64,000 nt of DNA from Eledone cirrhosa (lineage: Eukaryota). Below, in pieces: positions 12,440 through 23,979 of this stretch (position 1 is its first letter; every line of letters begins with the position of its first letter). The position numbers and the translations under genes were made by a program. The stretch is from the NCBI GenBank assembly GCA_964016885.1, contig OZ024745.1:12648001-12712000 (forward strand), given 5' to 3'. Under the pieces are notes generated by a model, which saw only the letters and a program-made list of their open reading frames with translations, was not told the origin of the DNA and ran no database searches.

Positions 12440-13415
12440 CTTGTTCATTTTCTTTGTCTTCTTCTGTGCCTTTGACTGCTTCTGTGCCTTTGACTGCTTC
12501 TGTGCCTTTGACTGCTTCTGTGCCTTTGACTTCTTCTGTGCCTTTGACTTCTTCTGTGCCATCTAAATACCAAAAACAAAGAATGTAAAACATATATGTT
12601 GCCTATCTCTCAGACTTTACAAAGTGGTGAGGAGATAAAGTTAATTTAAAGAGCAGTGTGCTCCTGCACTGTGATCCTATAATGTAGCTTATAAGCTATT
12701 TCATAACTAAAAAACAATGTCAAACATCAACAAAAGTATATACAAATATCTTTGAATGTTTAAGTTAAACCTAAATAGATCGTATCTAAAGGTCATTAAG
12801 TTAAGACTGAACTAAGATCATATCTATAAATCATTAGGTTTAGACTGAACTGAGATCATACTTCTTTTCGTCATCTTCGTTTCCCGTGTCTTCTTTGTCT
12901 TTGTTGTCATTTTCATTTTCATTTTAGTCATCTGCTTCGTCGTCTTTTTCTTCTTTTCCATCTAAATATAAAAAAAAATTGTAAACAAATATATAGCTGA
13001 TCTCTCAGACTTTCACGAAACACCGAGGAGATAGAGTTAATATAACGAGTGGGGAGCTCATATATATATATATATATATGGTATAGCATGGTGTTATGTG
13101 GTCTGGTGTGGTACAACATGGTGTGATGTGGTGTGGTATGATATGGTGAGGCGGGGGAGGGGGACAACGTTAGATTAATGTTAACAATACACATGTAGCA
13201 TCCACATGTGATGAGAAGGGGGAAACAGTGTTTAACTAATTTTAACATTACATGTAGCATCCATCTACAGGTGGTTAAGTTAAGACTGAGGTGTAATCAT
13301 ATGAAAAGGTCAATTTAAAACTACACAGATTCTGCTTAAAATGATGGTCAATGAAGTGTTTACTTACTCAGATCCTTTGAAATAACTTTCTTTCTCTTAC
13401 TGTAACTGGACATAC
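12440..13415 (-). pseudogene. Putative decayed multi-exon gene fragment: 48-nt basic micro-exon plus acidic exons starting with DG
   Basis: Micro-exon 13415-13368 (tttcgtag|GTATG...CTGA|gtaagt; GMSSYSKRKKVISKDL). Exon 12961-12862 (tttag|ATGG...|gtatga; acidic, in-frame TAA). Exon from 12562 (DGTEEVKGTEEVK...). Splice-like signals are conserved in the right arm. Confidence 0.4.
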
Positions 13416-13439
13416 CTACGAAATAGAAAACAGTCGAAT

Positions 13440-13750
13440 AGAGAGTGGTGTGGTGTGGTGTGGTGTAGTGTAGTGTGGTGTGCGGTTTAGTGTAGTGGAC
13501 AGTGGTGTGGTGTAGTGTAGTGGAGTGTGGTTTAGTGTAGTCGACAGTGGTGTGGTGTAGTGTGGTTCAATGTAGGGTGGGGATATGGTGTAGTGGAGTG
13601 TGGTGGGATGTAGTGTGGTAGCATGTGGTGTGTTGGCATGTGATGTGATGTGGCGTGGCGTGGTGAAATGTGATGTGATGTGGTGAAATGTGGCATGGTG
13701 TGGTGAAATGAGACGAGACGAGATGTGATGTGGTGTGATGTGATGTGAAA
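13440..13750. repeat. (GTGGT/GTAGT/GTGAT)n pentamer satellite
   Basis: Visible pentamer periodicity; a similar tract lies at 14825-15040. Confidence 0.9.
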
Positions 13751-13764
13751 TTTTGTCCTCCTAT

Positions 13765-14805
13765 TTTTCATGTGCTATCAACTAATCCAATCTCCAAGAT
13801 GCTTGAAACCAACTTTCTCCCCCCAGGAAAACGGCGGGGTGAGGTGGTTCCCCCTTCACCCGGATAACCCCTGCTTACTCGGAATTTTCTCTTTGATTCT
13901 ATTTTCATGCGTTATCAGTGAATATGACTTCCAAACCAGTCAAAAACAACTAGCTTTGGAGAAAGAGGAGAGGGAGAGGGGAAGAGTTTTGCAGATCTAC
14001 ACCCCACTCACATGTTGTGGGACTTAATCATTTTCGGTATATTTCCTGTGCTATTAATTTCCTGTGCTATTTCCTATGCTATTTCCTATGCTATTTCCTA
14101 TGCTATTTCCTATGCTATTTCCTGTGCTATTAATTAATCTGACCTCCTAGATGCTTCCAATCAACTTATTTCCCTGGGTTAGGTTTAGGGTCGGGTAATG
14201 TTTAGGGTTTAGTTTTAGGGTTGGGGTAAAGTTTAGGGTTTAGCTTTAGGTTTGGGGTAAAGTTTAGGGTTTAGCTTTAGGTTTGGGGTAAAGTTTAGGG
14301 TTTAGTTTTAGGGTTGGGGTAAAGTTTAGGGTTTAGCTTTAGGTTTGGGGTAAAGTTTAGGGTTTAGTTTTAGGGTTGGGGTAATGTTTAGGGTTTAGTT
14401 TTATGGTTGGGGTAATGTTTAGGGTTTAGATTTAGCTTGGTTTGGTTTAGATTTAGGGTTGGGGCTAGATTTAATTTTATGTTTAATTTAGTTTCCAAAT
14501 CCCAGAAAAAAAAAATTGATTCAGAGCAACTAAAAGGTCAGATTAGTTGATAGCACTGAAAAGGAGACCGAAGAAAAATCATTAGGGTATATATCTACAA
14601 AACGACAATGGCTTTTCCACCTGCTTTACCCCTCCTTTTTCCTAGAACAACTAATCATTTCCAACTGGTTTGGAGGTCATATTCGTTGATAACATGAGAA
14701 AACTCTGGGGTTAAATGAGAGAAGTGCATCCACCTAAGTTTTCCATGAAGAGAGAGTCAATAACAAACATCTTGGAGTTCGGATTAGTTGATAACACATG
14801 AAAAA
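13765..14805. mobile_element. Foldback-like element: nested inverted arms around a 31-bp telomere-like array
   Basis: catgtgctatcaactaatccaatctccaagatg (13769) is inverted at ~14769-14800. An inner pair lies at 14125-14168 and 14512-14555. The centre, 14177-14465, is (tttagggttggggtaaagtttagggtttagc) x ~8. Confidence 0.65.
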
Positions 14806-15262
14806 AAGATGAGGAAAAAATTTTGGGTGTTATGTGGTGTGTGTGGAGTGGTGTGTTGTGGTGTGTTTTTATGTGGAGTGGAGTAGTGTGGTGTGTTGTG
14901 GTGTGTTTTTATGTGGAGTGGAGTAGTGTGGTGTAGTGTTGTATTATTTTTATGGGGTGTGGTGTGATGTGGTGCGGTGCACTGTGGTGTTGTGCAGTGT
15001 GGTGTTGTGCAGTGCGGTGTTGTGCAGTGCGGTGCAGTGAGGTTCTTCATCTTTATCTTCATCTTTGTATTCATCTTTGTATTCATCTTCTTTGTTTTGT
15101 CTTCCATCTAAACAAACAAAAATATATATATAAAACATATGTAGCCAATCTCTCAGACTTTTACAACTTTGTCTGATTTACTCGTTTTATTTACAATCCA
15201 TTAAAATTATAATGGTATTAGAATGAAATAGTATGGTAGAATATTAAGTGTTAAGTGTTAAT

Positions 15263-15301
15263 TGAACAAGTAATTTCATGCTTTCGCAATCTTCAGGTTC
15301 A
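15263..15301 (-). ncRNA. Minimal hammerhead ribozyme, inverted copy with stem III mutated
   Basis: tgaac CTGAAGA ttgc-gaaa-gcat GAAA ttac TT gttca. Confidence 0.5.
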
Positions 15302-15607
15302 TATTCTGTGGTGACAGTCAAGTTTACAATTTTCAACTGTAATGAGATGGGTAAATTTTGTGCCTTATATACAGTGAAAAGCGGCTACATGTGTAGTTTC
15401 ACTGGATTACTGAAGCTGATTGGTTTAGGCATCACGGTTGGTTGGGCATGTCTAACGACTTCTATTTAGCATCTATTCAAAGCATCAATTGTTTTGCTAT
15501 TTTTAGAAATGATGAAAATAGCATTTTCTAGGGTTTTATACCCCTAAGAATTATTATTGTTCATTTAGTTTGGGTTGGAATTTTGAAAAATATTCCCAAA
15601 TGCAAAT

Positions 15608-15898
15608 ATGAACTGCAAAAGCAGAAATCTAATTTACTGCATTAAATGCCCGAATTGTGAAGAACTATATGTCGGTCAAACTGGAAATGCACTATCGGAA
15701 CGTGCACGGGTGCACCGACAGCAAATCAGAGACCCAAATGTCCGTCAGATACCCCTGAGTAACCATCTAGCAGCATGTGGTCAGAAAATATTTATATTTC
15801 CATTCTACAAATTACACAGGCCAAGTGAAATCAAGAGAAAAATCACAGAAAAGAATTTTATTGATAAATTCCAACCCAAGCTAAATGAACAATTATAA
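15608..15898 (+). pseudogene. GIY-YIG endonuclease C-terminal fragment of a Penelope-like element
   Basis: MNCKSRNLIYCIKCPNCEELYVGQTGNALSERARVHRQQI...HLAAC...EKNFIDKFQPKLN has the LIY...CxxC...YVGQT signature. Confidence 0.9.
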
Positions 15899-16185
15899 TT
15901 CTTAGGGGTATAAAAACCCTAGAAAATGCTATTTACATCATTTCTAAAAATAGCAAAACAATTGATGCTTTGGATAGAGCCAAATAGAAGTCGTTAGACA
16001 TGCTCAACCAACCATGACGCCTAAACCAATCAGCTTCAGTAATCCAGTGAAACTACACACCAATTGGTCGAAATATAGTTTGCAAAATATAGCATTCTGT
16101 AGCCGCTTTTCTCTGTATATAAGGCACAAAATTTACCCATCTCATTACAGTTGAAAATTGCAAACTTGACTGTCACCACAGAATA

Positions 16186-16224
16186 TGAACCTGAAGATTG
16201 CGAAAGCATGAAAGTACTTGTTCA
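16186..16224 (+). ncRNA. Minimal type I hammerhead ribozyme in a Penelope pLTR
   Basis: tgaac CTGAAGA t-tgc-gaaa-gca-t GAAA gtac T T gttca. Stem I is tgaac/gttca; stem III is palindromic. Confidence 0.7.
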
Positions 16225-16269
16225 ATTAACACTTAACACTTAATATTCTAACATACTATTCAGATTACA

Positions 16270-16645
16270 TCTATATATATATACACATGCATATATATAT
16301 ACATACATACATACACATATACATATATACAAATACATATATACATGCATATATATATATATACATATACAATATGTATAGGATTCCTTTCCCTTTGAGC
16401 ACATAATTTACAGGGAATAACGCGACTCTATGGCTCCGTTAATTTATCTTCATATATACATATATATACATACACACACACATATATATACATACACACA
16501 TATGCATACACACACATGCATACACACATATATACATACACACACATATACATACACACACATATACATACACACATATATACATACACACACATATATA
16601 TAGATTCATACATACATACACACACACATATATATATATATGTAT
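16270..16645. repeat. Compound (AT)n/(AC)n/(ATAC)n microsatellite
   Basis: Direct inspection. Confidence 0.9.
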
Positions 16646-17309
16646 AAAGTACTTGACGATGAGCATTCTAGTTGTTCAATAAACTGATTGAATAATACAA
16701 ACGATGTTTTAATATACAGATTCATTATTTGCGTATATATAATATATTTACAGTAGAATAACAGCAAATATGTTTTAAATATATACATAAATAATTACCA
16801 ATGCTTAAAAAACATTATAAATTGCTCGCGATTCTTTCAGAAGGATATATTCCTTTAATGTTGCAATATTAAAGAAAATATACGTCTATATATACATACA
16901 TATATTTATTCAACTAAGGAAAGTTGGTTGATTGAAAATTTGCCGACTCTTTCATAAGTTTAATATCAACAGTTTATGTTTATCCGGAGTTTTATTATAA
17001 TAATTGTTTCTACTTTGGCACAAGGCCAGCAATTACCCAGTGTATTACTGCTACTTTATTTTATCGACCCCATAAGGATGAAAGGCAAAGTTAACCTCGG
17101 TGGGTTATAATAATAAACAAGAAAGACGGTATCATTTGCCCATTTCATTTGTATAACATCTGCCCTACGTGTTCTCATATCAATGGATATCAACGAATAT
17201 CTCATATCAACGGATATTTACATCTTGCATGGATTTTTTGTCGGAAGAAAACACGTAAGGCAGATATTATACAAATGACATATGTCTTCGAAATAAGTAT
17301 AATAAAATA

Positions 17310-17352
<43 letters not shown>

Positions 17353-17471
17353 AGGTGAGTTTTATTGTAGTACAATAAAGAGCAATGCAGATATCGGATA
17401 AGTACCACTCTACAGTTTGTAGGACTGGAGTATAAATAATAAGATCAAAAGATGGTTAAAAGAGTTCCATG

Positions 17472-17539
17472 TATTTTATTATGCGCATTTCAAAAACAAA
17501 TATCATGCGATGACATTTGCGTTTTCGTCAGATAAAATA
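17472..17539 (-). ncRNA. Type I hammerhead ribozyme
   Basis: tattttat CTGACGA [long stem II] GAAA tgcgca TA ataaaata on the minus strand. Confidence 0.8.
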
Positions 17540-18280
17540 GGGAGACATGATATGAAGGTTAAAAAACACTTGTGAATAGTGCAGTTTTAAATCAACTTAT
17601 GAAAAGTAATTCAAGATTGATATGTGATATTGGGAAAAAAATGAGGGTGGGTGGGTGGGGTGGAAAGGATGAAAAAGAGGAGGAGATGAGAGTAAAGAAT
17701 GGAGGGGGAGGAGTATAATAAGGAAGGATGAGATAGGAGGAGAGATGGGTGATAGAAAGAGAGAGATAGCCTTTATAACTGAGAAAAATATATTGTTTTA
17801 CAGAGAGAGGTTAAAAAGCCGTTGGAAGATAATATATAAATTAAAAGAATTTGAAAATTAATGAAAAGAAAAAAATTAAGAATAATGTTAAATTAAGGTT
17901 TGTATATTGAAGAGTTTAATAATATGTGCGATGAAAAGAAATTGTTAATATATATTAAGAATAATGTTAAATTAAGGTTTGTATATTGAAGGGTTTAATA
18001 ATGTGTTAAACCTTAATTTAACATTATTCTTAATATATATTAACAATTTCTTTTCATCGCACATATTATTAAACCCTTCAATATACAAACCTTAATTTAA
18101 CATTATTCTTAATTTTTTCTTTTCATTAATTTTCAAATTCTTTTAATTTATATATTATCTTCCAACGGCTTTTTAACCTCTCTCTCTCTGTAAAACAATA
18201 TATTTTTCTCAGTTATAAAAGCTATCTCTCTCTCTCTATCACCCATCTCTCCTATCTCATCCTTCCTTATTATACTCCTC

Positions 18281-19665
18281 CAGTGGCGGATTTAACAGGT
18301 GGTGAAGGTGGAAAATGCCGACTGGGCCCCTGCCGACTGGGCGCTTGCAAAAAAAAAAAATTGTAATTTGGGCGATATCCAAAAATACCTCCCCCATGCC
18401 TAGGGCTAAATAACTTCGCTGTTCGCTGCTGATATGAGGCTAAATAACTTCGCTGCTGGCTGCTGAAATGAGGCTATTCCAACAAATTTACATTCCCTTT
18501 TTTTTAGCCGTTAAAAGAAATATAGATTTATTTATTTATTTGAAACGTTTTTGTTAGTTTCATTGTTTTGTTTTTTTGGCGATAATTTTGTTAGTTTCTT
18601 GTTGTTTTTTTTTAGTTTCTTTTTGATTTATTCCTTGTGACAGTGCTTTGAACGTTCAACAGATAAATTGGAAGAACTCAGATGCGATCACAAATTTGAA
18701 CAATTTGTGGACCAGACAAAGAAAGCCTGGAATGACGTGGGATTTGATGCATCTGAAACTAATTTTAAAATAACACGAGTAAGGAGAAGAAAGATTATGG
18801 ATGGTGAAGTTTGTGGTGTTGAAAGACTAGCTACTGCTTCAGATAGATATCGCACTGCAATTTATTTTCAATCACTGGATAGTATGATTGGGGAGATGAG
18901 AGCCCGAACTGAAGGAATAAAAAAAATATCTTCAATCTTTGGATTTTTGAGTCCAAATCGACTGGCTAAATGCTCAGATGATGAACTAAAAACACATGTA
19001 GCAACATTGGTAGATAACTTTCCAAATGAATTCACACTGGAACTCAGAAATGAACTCTTTTCTTTCATTGGCCTCTACTTTTCACAGCCAAACGCAGCTT
19101 TAAAACAAAGTGGGGTTATGCCATATCTGAAATTTTTACTGAACAATGACTTGTGTGATGTCTTTCCCGAGTTTGAAATTCTGGTAAGGCTATTTCTCAC
19201 TTTACCAATTGGCATAGCAAGTGCGGAACGCTCTTTCAGTGTTCTACGAAGAATTAAAAATTATCTTCGTTCAACGATGGGCCAGGAGAGGCTATCCAGT
19301 TTTGCCCTGCTGGCAATTGAAAACAAAATTACTAAATCAGTAAACTTGGACCACGCTATAACTCATTTTTCAACTGTTAAAGCTCGCAGAGGTCTGCGCA
19401 TGTAAAAGCAATTTGTGTAAAAGACTAACATATATACAACTTTATTACTTTATTATTTGTTTACAGTACAGCACATCTGTTTGTTTGTTTCAAATAAAGT
19501 ATACTTGTAATTTAATTGTCTTCTTAATGATTATTGGTAGCTAAATGGGAAATAAAAAAAAAAACTTTTTCAATACTCGCTCGAAAAGATGGTACTTTAA
19601 TTTTCACTCTGGGACCTCCTTACTGACCAATGCCGACTGGGCCCTATTCCTTAAATCCGCCACTG
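18281..19665 (+). mobile_element. Internally deleted hAT DNA transposon
   Basis: Perfect 15-bp TIRs CAGTGGCGGATTTAA/TTAAATCCGCCACTG; 8-bp TSD TACTCCTC (18273-18280, 19666-19673); subterminal aatgccgactgggccc near both ends. Confidence 0.96.
18668..19405 (+). CDS. hAT transposase C-terminal part with dimerisation domain (N-terminus missing)
   Basis: FPEFEILVRLFLTLPIGIASAERSFSVLRRIKNYLRSTMGQERLSSFALLAIE is the hAT dimerisation motif; the ORF lies inside the TIRs. Confidence 0.85.
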   Translation: MEELRCDHKFEQFVDQTKKAWNDVGFDASETNFKITRVRRRKIMDGEVCGVERLATASDRYRTAIYFQSLDSMIGEMRARTEGIKKISSIFGFLSPNRLAKCSDDELKTHVATLVDNFPNEFTLELRNELFSFIGLYFSQPNAALKQSGVMPYLKFLLNNDLCDVFPEFEILVRLFLTLPIGIASAERSFSVLRRIKNYLRSTMGQERLSSFALLAIENKITKSVNLDHAITHFSTVKARRGLRM

Positions 19666-19832
19666 TACTCCTCCCCTACCATTCTTTACTTTCATCTCCT
19701 CTTTTTCATCCTTTCCACCCCCCCCCCTCATTTTTGCCCCAATATCACATATCAATCTTAAATTACTTTTCATATGTTGATTTAAAACTGCACTATTCAC
19801 AAGTGTTTTTTAACCTTCATATCATGTCTCCC

Positions 19833-19903
19833 TATTTTATCTGACGAAAACGCAAATGTCATCGCATGATGATATTTGTTTTTGAAATGCGCATAATAAA
19901 ATA
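19833..19903 (+). ncRNA. Type I hammerhead ribozyme
   Basis: tattttat CTGACGA aaacgcaaatgtcatc-gcat-gatgatatttgttttt GAAA tgcgca TA ataaaata: 8-bp stem I, ~15-bp stem II, palindromic stem III. Confidence 0.85.
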
Positions 19904-20251
19904 CATGGAACTCTTTTAACCACCTTTTGATCTTATATTATATATATACATATACATACATAGTAATAATAATTGTTTCTACTTTAGGCACAAGGCCAGC
20001 AATTACCCAGTGCATTACTGAATAATAATAATATTTATACTTATATATGATTATAAATATGGATGGTAGTACTAAGTACTAGCCGGAAGGAGAAAAGGCT
20101 CAATGTAAATTTTCAAATGTATTACAGAAGTTTAATACATTTAATTGGTGATAATTTTTTTTTTACATACATACATACATACATATATATATACAATATA
20201 TTAATAAATGGAAACTATATTTATCATGGGCCACCGCTTTCATCAGATAAA

Positions 20252-20290
<39 letters not shown>

Positions 20291-20410
20291 AAACTTAATT
20301 ATTCGTGTAACGTTTTTAATAATTATTTGATATTACTTACCGTTTTCTTATCTTTTGATTTACTGTTTCTTCATTTCTCCTGCGTTTGTTGAAATTCCCG
20401 CTATTCTCTG

Positions 20411-20687
20411 GAGAAAAATTGCGCCAAACGTTTCCTTTTGAAAGAATAATGTGATTTGTCACGAGATATTACCTCTAAATATGTGTATACGTATACACAT
20501 TACCTCTAAATATGTGTATACGTATATACGTATACACATTACCTCTAAATATGTGTATACGTATATACGTATACACATTACCTCTAAATATGTGTATACG
20601 TATATACGTATACACATATTTAGAAGTACTATCACGTGACAAATCACATTATTCTTTCAAAAGGAAAAGTTTGGCGCCATTTTTCTC
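20411..20687. mobile_element. MITE-like palindrome with an internal 42-bp tandem expansion
   Basis: ~85-bp inverted arms (gagaaaaattgcgccaaac...gtcacg / cgtgac...gtttggcgccatttttctc); the centre repeats ttacctctaaatatgtgtatacgtatatacgtatacaca. Confidence 0.7.
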
Positions 20688-20760
20688 GTATATACGTATT
20701 TTTTCATTGTAAGTTCGGAAAAATGATAAATTGGAATAATTCTAAAATCGGGAAAATTTT

Positions 20761-20910
20761 TTATATCACTCAAATGATGTTATTGCATTAAGCATCCTTT
20801 TCACACTTCCAGTATCGATGGAAAATGGTGAGAGTAGTTTCTCAAAGCTGAAGCTTATAAAATTTTACATTCACTCTACAATGTTGCAAGGGAGTTTTGT
20901 TGACTTGCAT
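20761..20910 (+). pseudogene. Old hAT transposase remnant (dimerisation motif)
   Basis: Manual translation gives IALSILFTLPVSMENGESSFSKLKLIKFYIHSTMLQ. Confidence 0.7.
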
Positions 20911-21239
20911 TTTTAACGATAATAAACCGATTATTAATCATTGAAAGACTCAAAATAATAATACTATGGAATATTTTTACTGAGTCCGGTTAAGAGTATA
21001 CTATTTTCCATTCCCGAGGGTATACTCTTAAGCAGACTCGACTGTACCTGCGGGGCTAGACCGAGGGGGCGGGGAAAAGTCGGGTCCCATCACAATATTC
21101 CCGTTCCATGATAGTAAGGCCCCTTCACCTGAGAGGCAAAGGTAAAACCTGCAACGATACATTTTCTCAAACAAGAACCTGGTTAATTTCGTGCTCGACA
21201 AGTCTGTTATCATAATTCAATACACATCAGCAACCAACA

Positions 21240-21297
<58 letters not shown>

Positions 21298-22002
21298 CCC
21301 TGTTGTATATCAATACTAGCTGCTTCCTACCTCTTTATCAGATAAATATTTTTTTTTACAAGCTGTTTTTTAGTCTGTTTATAGATTCTGCATGGGATTA
21401 CGTTATTGTTGTTGTTTAGCCCTAGGTCAACCTTGACTAAACCACAGAATTCCATTATGATCAACGGTATTCCAGCCACGACCATCCCGTCGTTTTAGGT
21501 GTATCTAATACGTACATTATCAGACATCGTGTTCTTTCTTAATATTTTTTTTAAGGTGGGTGGAAAGAATTGGCTGTTATTTCTAGCAAACTGAGTGCCC
21601 ACATAGTATGTGTATATGGGGGAGGGGTATGTTAAAGTAAGGGAGTACAAGTGTTTGTGAAACATTTAACCATTTACATTATAAATTCAAATGTGTGGGT
21701 AGTTCTTGGTGATCGAACGAAAGGAACCGATACGAGATCCATTGATTCTGTATAAGCCTATCAGAGGTTCATCGATATACCAACCATTGGTAAATATTCT
21801 CCTCACGAAGGGCGAGAGTGGCGATCGCAAACATATATACATATACACACAAACACATACACACCACATATATATATATATACGCAGAAACACACACATA
21901 CAATAACGACTAGTACTACGATTCTGGAGGAGCGAATGATGGAGAAGATGAAGCTCTCTGTCGCAGAATAAATGGTATTTAATTTTAATAATAATACTAA
22001 TA

Positions 22003-22078
<76 letters not shown>

Positions 22079-22590
22079 TTCTCAATTGAATTGATTATCA
22101 TTATCGTTTTTATGGCAAAAGATAGACAGAGAGGGAAAGAGATAGATAGAGGGAAAGATTTTGACATATATATATATATATATGTATTTTGTTTTTTTAT
22201 ATATATATATATGATAGAAAGAAGAGAAAAAAACGAAACCCTTAGAAACGAATAAGAGTCATCAAAGCGATCATATGTATTGCTTTAAACTGTAATGCGA
22301 AGGGATACACTAGTATTTGAAGTACCATCATTTGGGATTTTAACCCTCGGACTTTCCCCTCCTGGTTTTGAAATTTAGGGAAAATTTAGGGGTGACTGGG
22401 AATATTACATAATGTAGGGATTTTCTTTTCCTTTTCTATCATTTCTTATTTATGTATTTATATATTTATTTATCTACTCTCGTGATTGATATTCCGACAA
22501 ATGTTAGGGGTGTATTTTGGTTTTTTATTATGTCAGGTATAGCATCCAAAAATTTCTCCCTTCCCCCAATATATATATATATATATATAT

Positions 22591-22673
22591 ACAAACAGTG
22601 TCCCAAAAAATGTATACACACTTCAACAGCAAAGTAATCAAAGTGTGTATATATTTTTGAGGGGACACCGTGT
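22591..22673. mobile_element. Tiny Tc1/mariner-like MITE
   Basis: Imperfect inverted repeat gtgtcccaaaaaatgtatacacactt / aagtgtgtatatatttttgaggggacac, set within (TA)n. Confidence 0.5.
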
Positions 22674-23142
22674 GTATATATATATATATATGTGTGTGTA
22701 TGTGTAACTAGTAAAACTGTTAAAACGCAGCGGTATATTCTAATTTGGCCCTTTTAAGGGCCACCTATATTTTCATTTAAGTAACTCCACTTACATCTAT
22801 ATGCTTTAATTAAAAAAATAATAAAAAAACGCGTGAAAATTTTTTTTTTATTTAAGTAACTCCACTTACGCGTGGTAGTAATACGGAAATAAACGCTGTT
22901 TTGCATTCATCGGCTGCTTCAACTGACAGCTAATAGCGTTGTAGTGCCAAGAAACTTGTTGATACTTTATAAAACAAATGAAATAGTAAAATATTATTAT
23001 GCAGTGGAGTTTTGAAACAATCAAAATATTAAAACATCATAGAAATACTCTCGTGGGAAATTACGAAACCACATCTAAACATCATCATCATCATATGTTA
23101 ACTGCCACGGCTTGTATAATATATATATATATATATAATTGT

Positions 23143-23270
23143 CTCTACTTTAGGCACAAGGCCAGCAATTACCCAGTGCATTACTGGTACTTTATTTTAT
23201 CGACCCCGTAAGGATGAAAGGCAAAGTCAACCTCGGCGGGATTTGAACTCAGATCGTAAAGGGACGTAAC
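23143..23270 (-). mobile_element. tRNA-derived SINE, family B (octopus OR-like), partial
   Basis: Reverse complement of gagttcaaatcccgccgaggttgactttgcctttcatccttacggggtcgataaaataaagtacc; partial copies also at ~17010-17105 and ~19975-20020. Confidence 0.8.
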
Positions 23271-23789
23271 AATGAAAGCTATACCCATTTTCACAAGAGA
23301 AGGCATCTCTCACCTGACGGACGGGCAGAGTTTACAGGTCTGCCCTTCATAGAAAGCATCACACACACATACATACACATGTTGGTGACTCAATAGAGCC
23401 AAGTCATCCACTCCATTACATGGCTGAAGATTCTCAGCTACTGAGCAAACATCGTTTCATGTCATGCTGCCCTTTCTCTTGTCACACAGAAAAGCTGCAA
23501 TACTCAAATTTCAATATGCTTCAGACGTGGATAGCTGGCAACAGATATAATGACCCAACAGAGCTCTCTATGACGACAACCCTTATACGGGAGACGTTTG
23601 TACAAGGACGAGATTCGACGTTTGATCCCATTGTATGTCACTTTAGATCAGAGGTTCTCAAACTTTTGGGGCCACCTCCCCACTCACGGCCCCATTATAC
23701 CCTCAGCGCCCCCACCCCTATTTCCGGAGAGACTTGCTAACACGCAAATTATAAATGATACATAATAGATAAAATCATTAATTTATATA

Positions 23790-23975
23790 TGGATTGGCAG
23801 TATCGGTAGAGGGTTTGACGCCATGCTTTGCAGCAAAGAGTTACGGCCCTTTATGGTCTGAGTTCAAATCCCGCCGAGGTTAACTTTGCCTTTCATCCTT
23901 ACAGGGTCGGTAAAATAAAGTACCAGTAATACACTGAGATAATTGCTGGCCTTATGCCAAAAGTAGAAACAATTA
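23790..23975 (+). mobile_element. tRNA-derived SINE, family B
   Basis: A box tggcagtatcggtaga, B box gagttcaaatccc, conserved centre gcctttcatccttacagggtcgg. Confidence 0.85.
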
Positions 23976-23979
23976 ATTT

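Larger units (their letters stand above)
15227..16260 (+). mobile_element. Penelope-like retroelement 3' fragment with inverted pseudo-LTR
   Basis: GIY-YIG fragment flanked by inverted arms 15227-15583 and 15866-16260; each arm has a hammerhead motif. Confidence 0.88.
17438..19938. mobile_element. Long palindrome (~540-bp arms), probably an inverted Penelope-type pLTR pair; right arm interrupted by a hAT element
   Basis: 17438-17980 is the reverse complement of 18008-18280 plus 19674-19938; each arm has a hammerhead near its outer end. Confidence 0.85.

Noticed and set aside
14177-14465. True telomere or chromosome fusion point
   Set aside because: The period is 31 bp on one strand only, embedded in an inverted-repeat element; no head-to-head TTAGGG/CCCTAA junction.
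21300-21350. Additional hammerhead (CTGATAA on the minus strand)
   Set aside because: The core is mutated and no GAAA or stem III partner was found.
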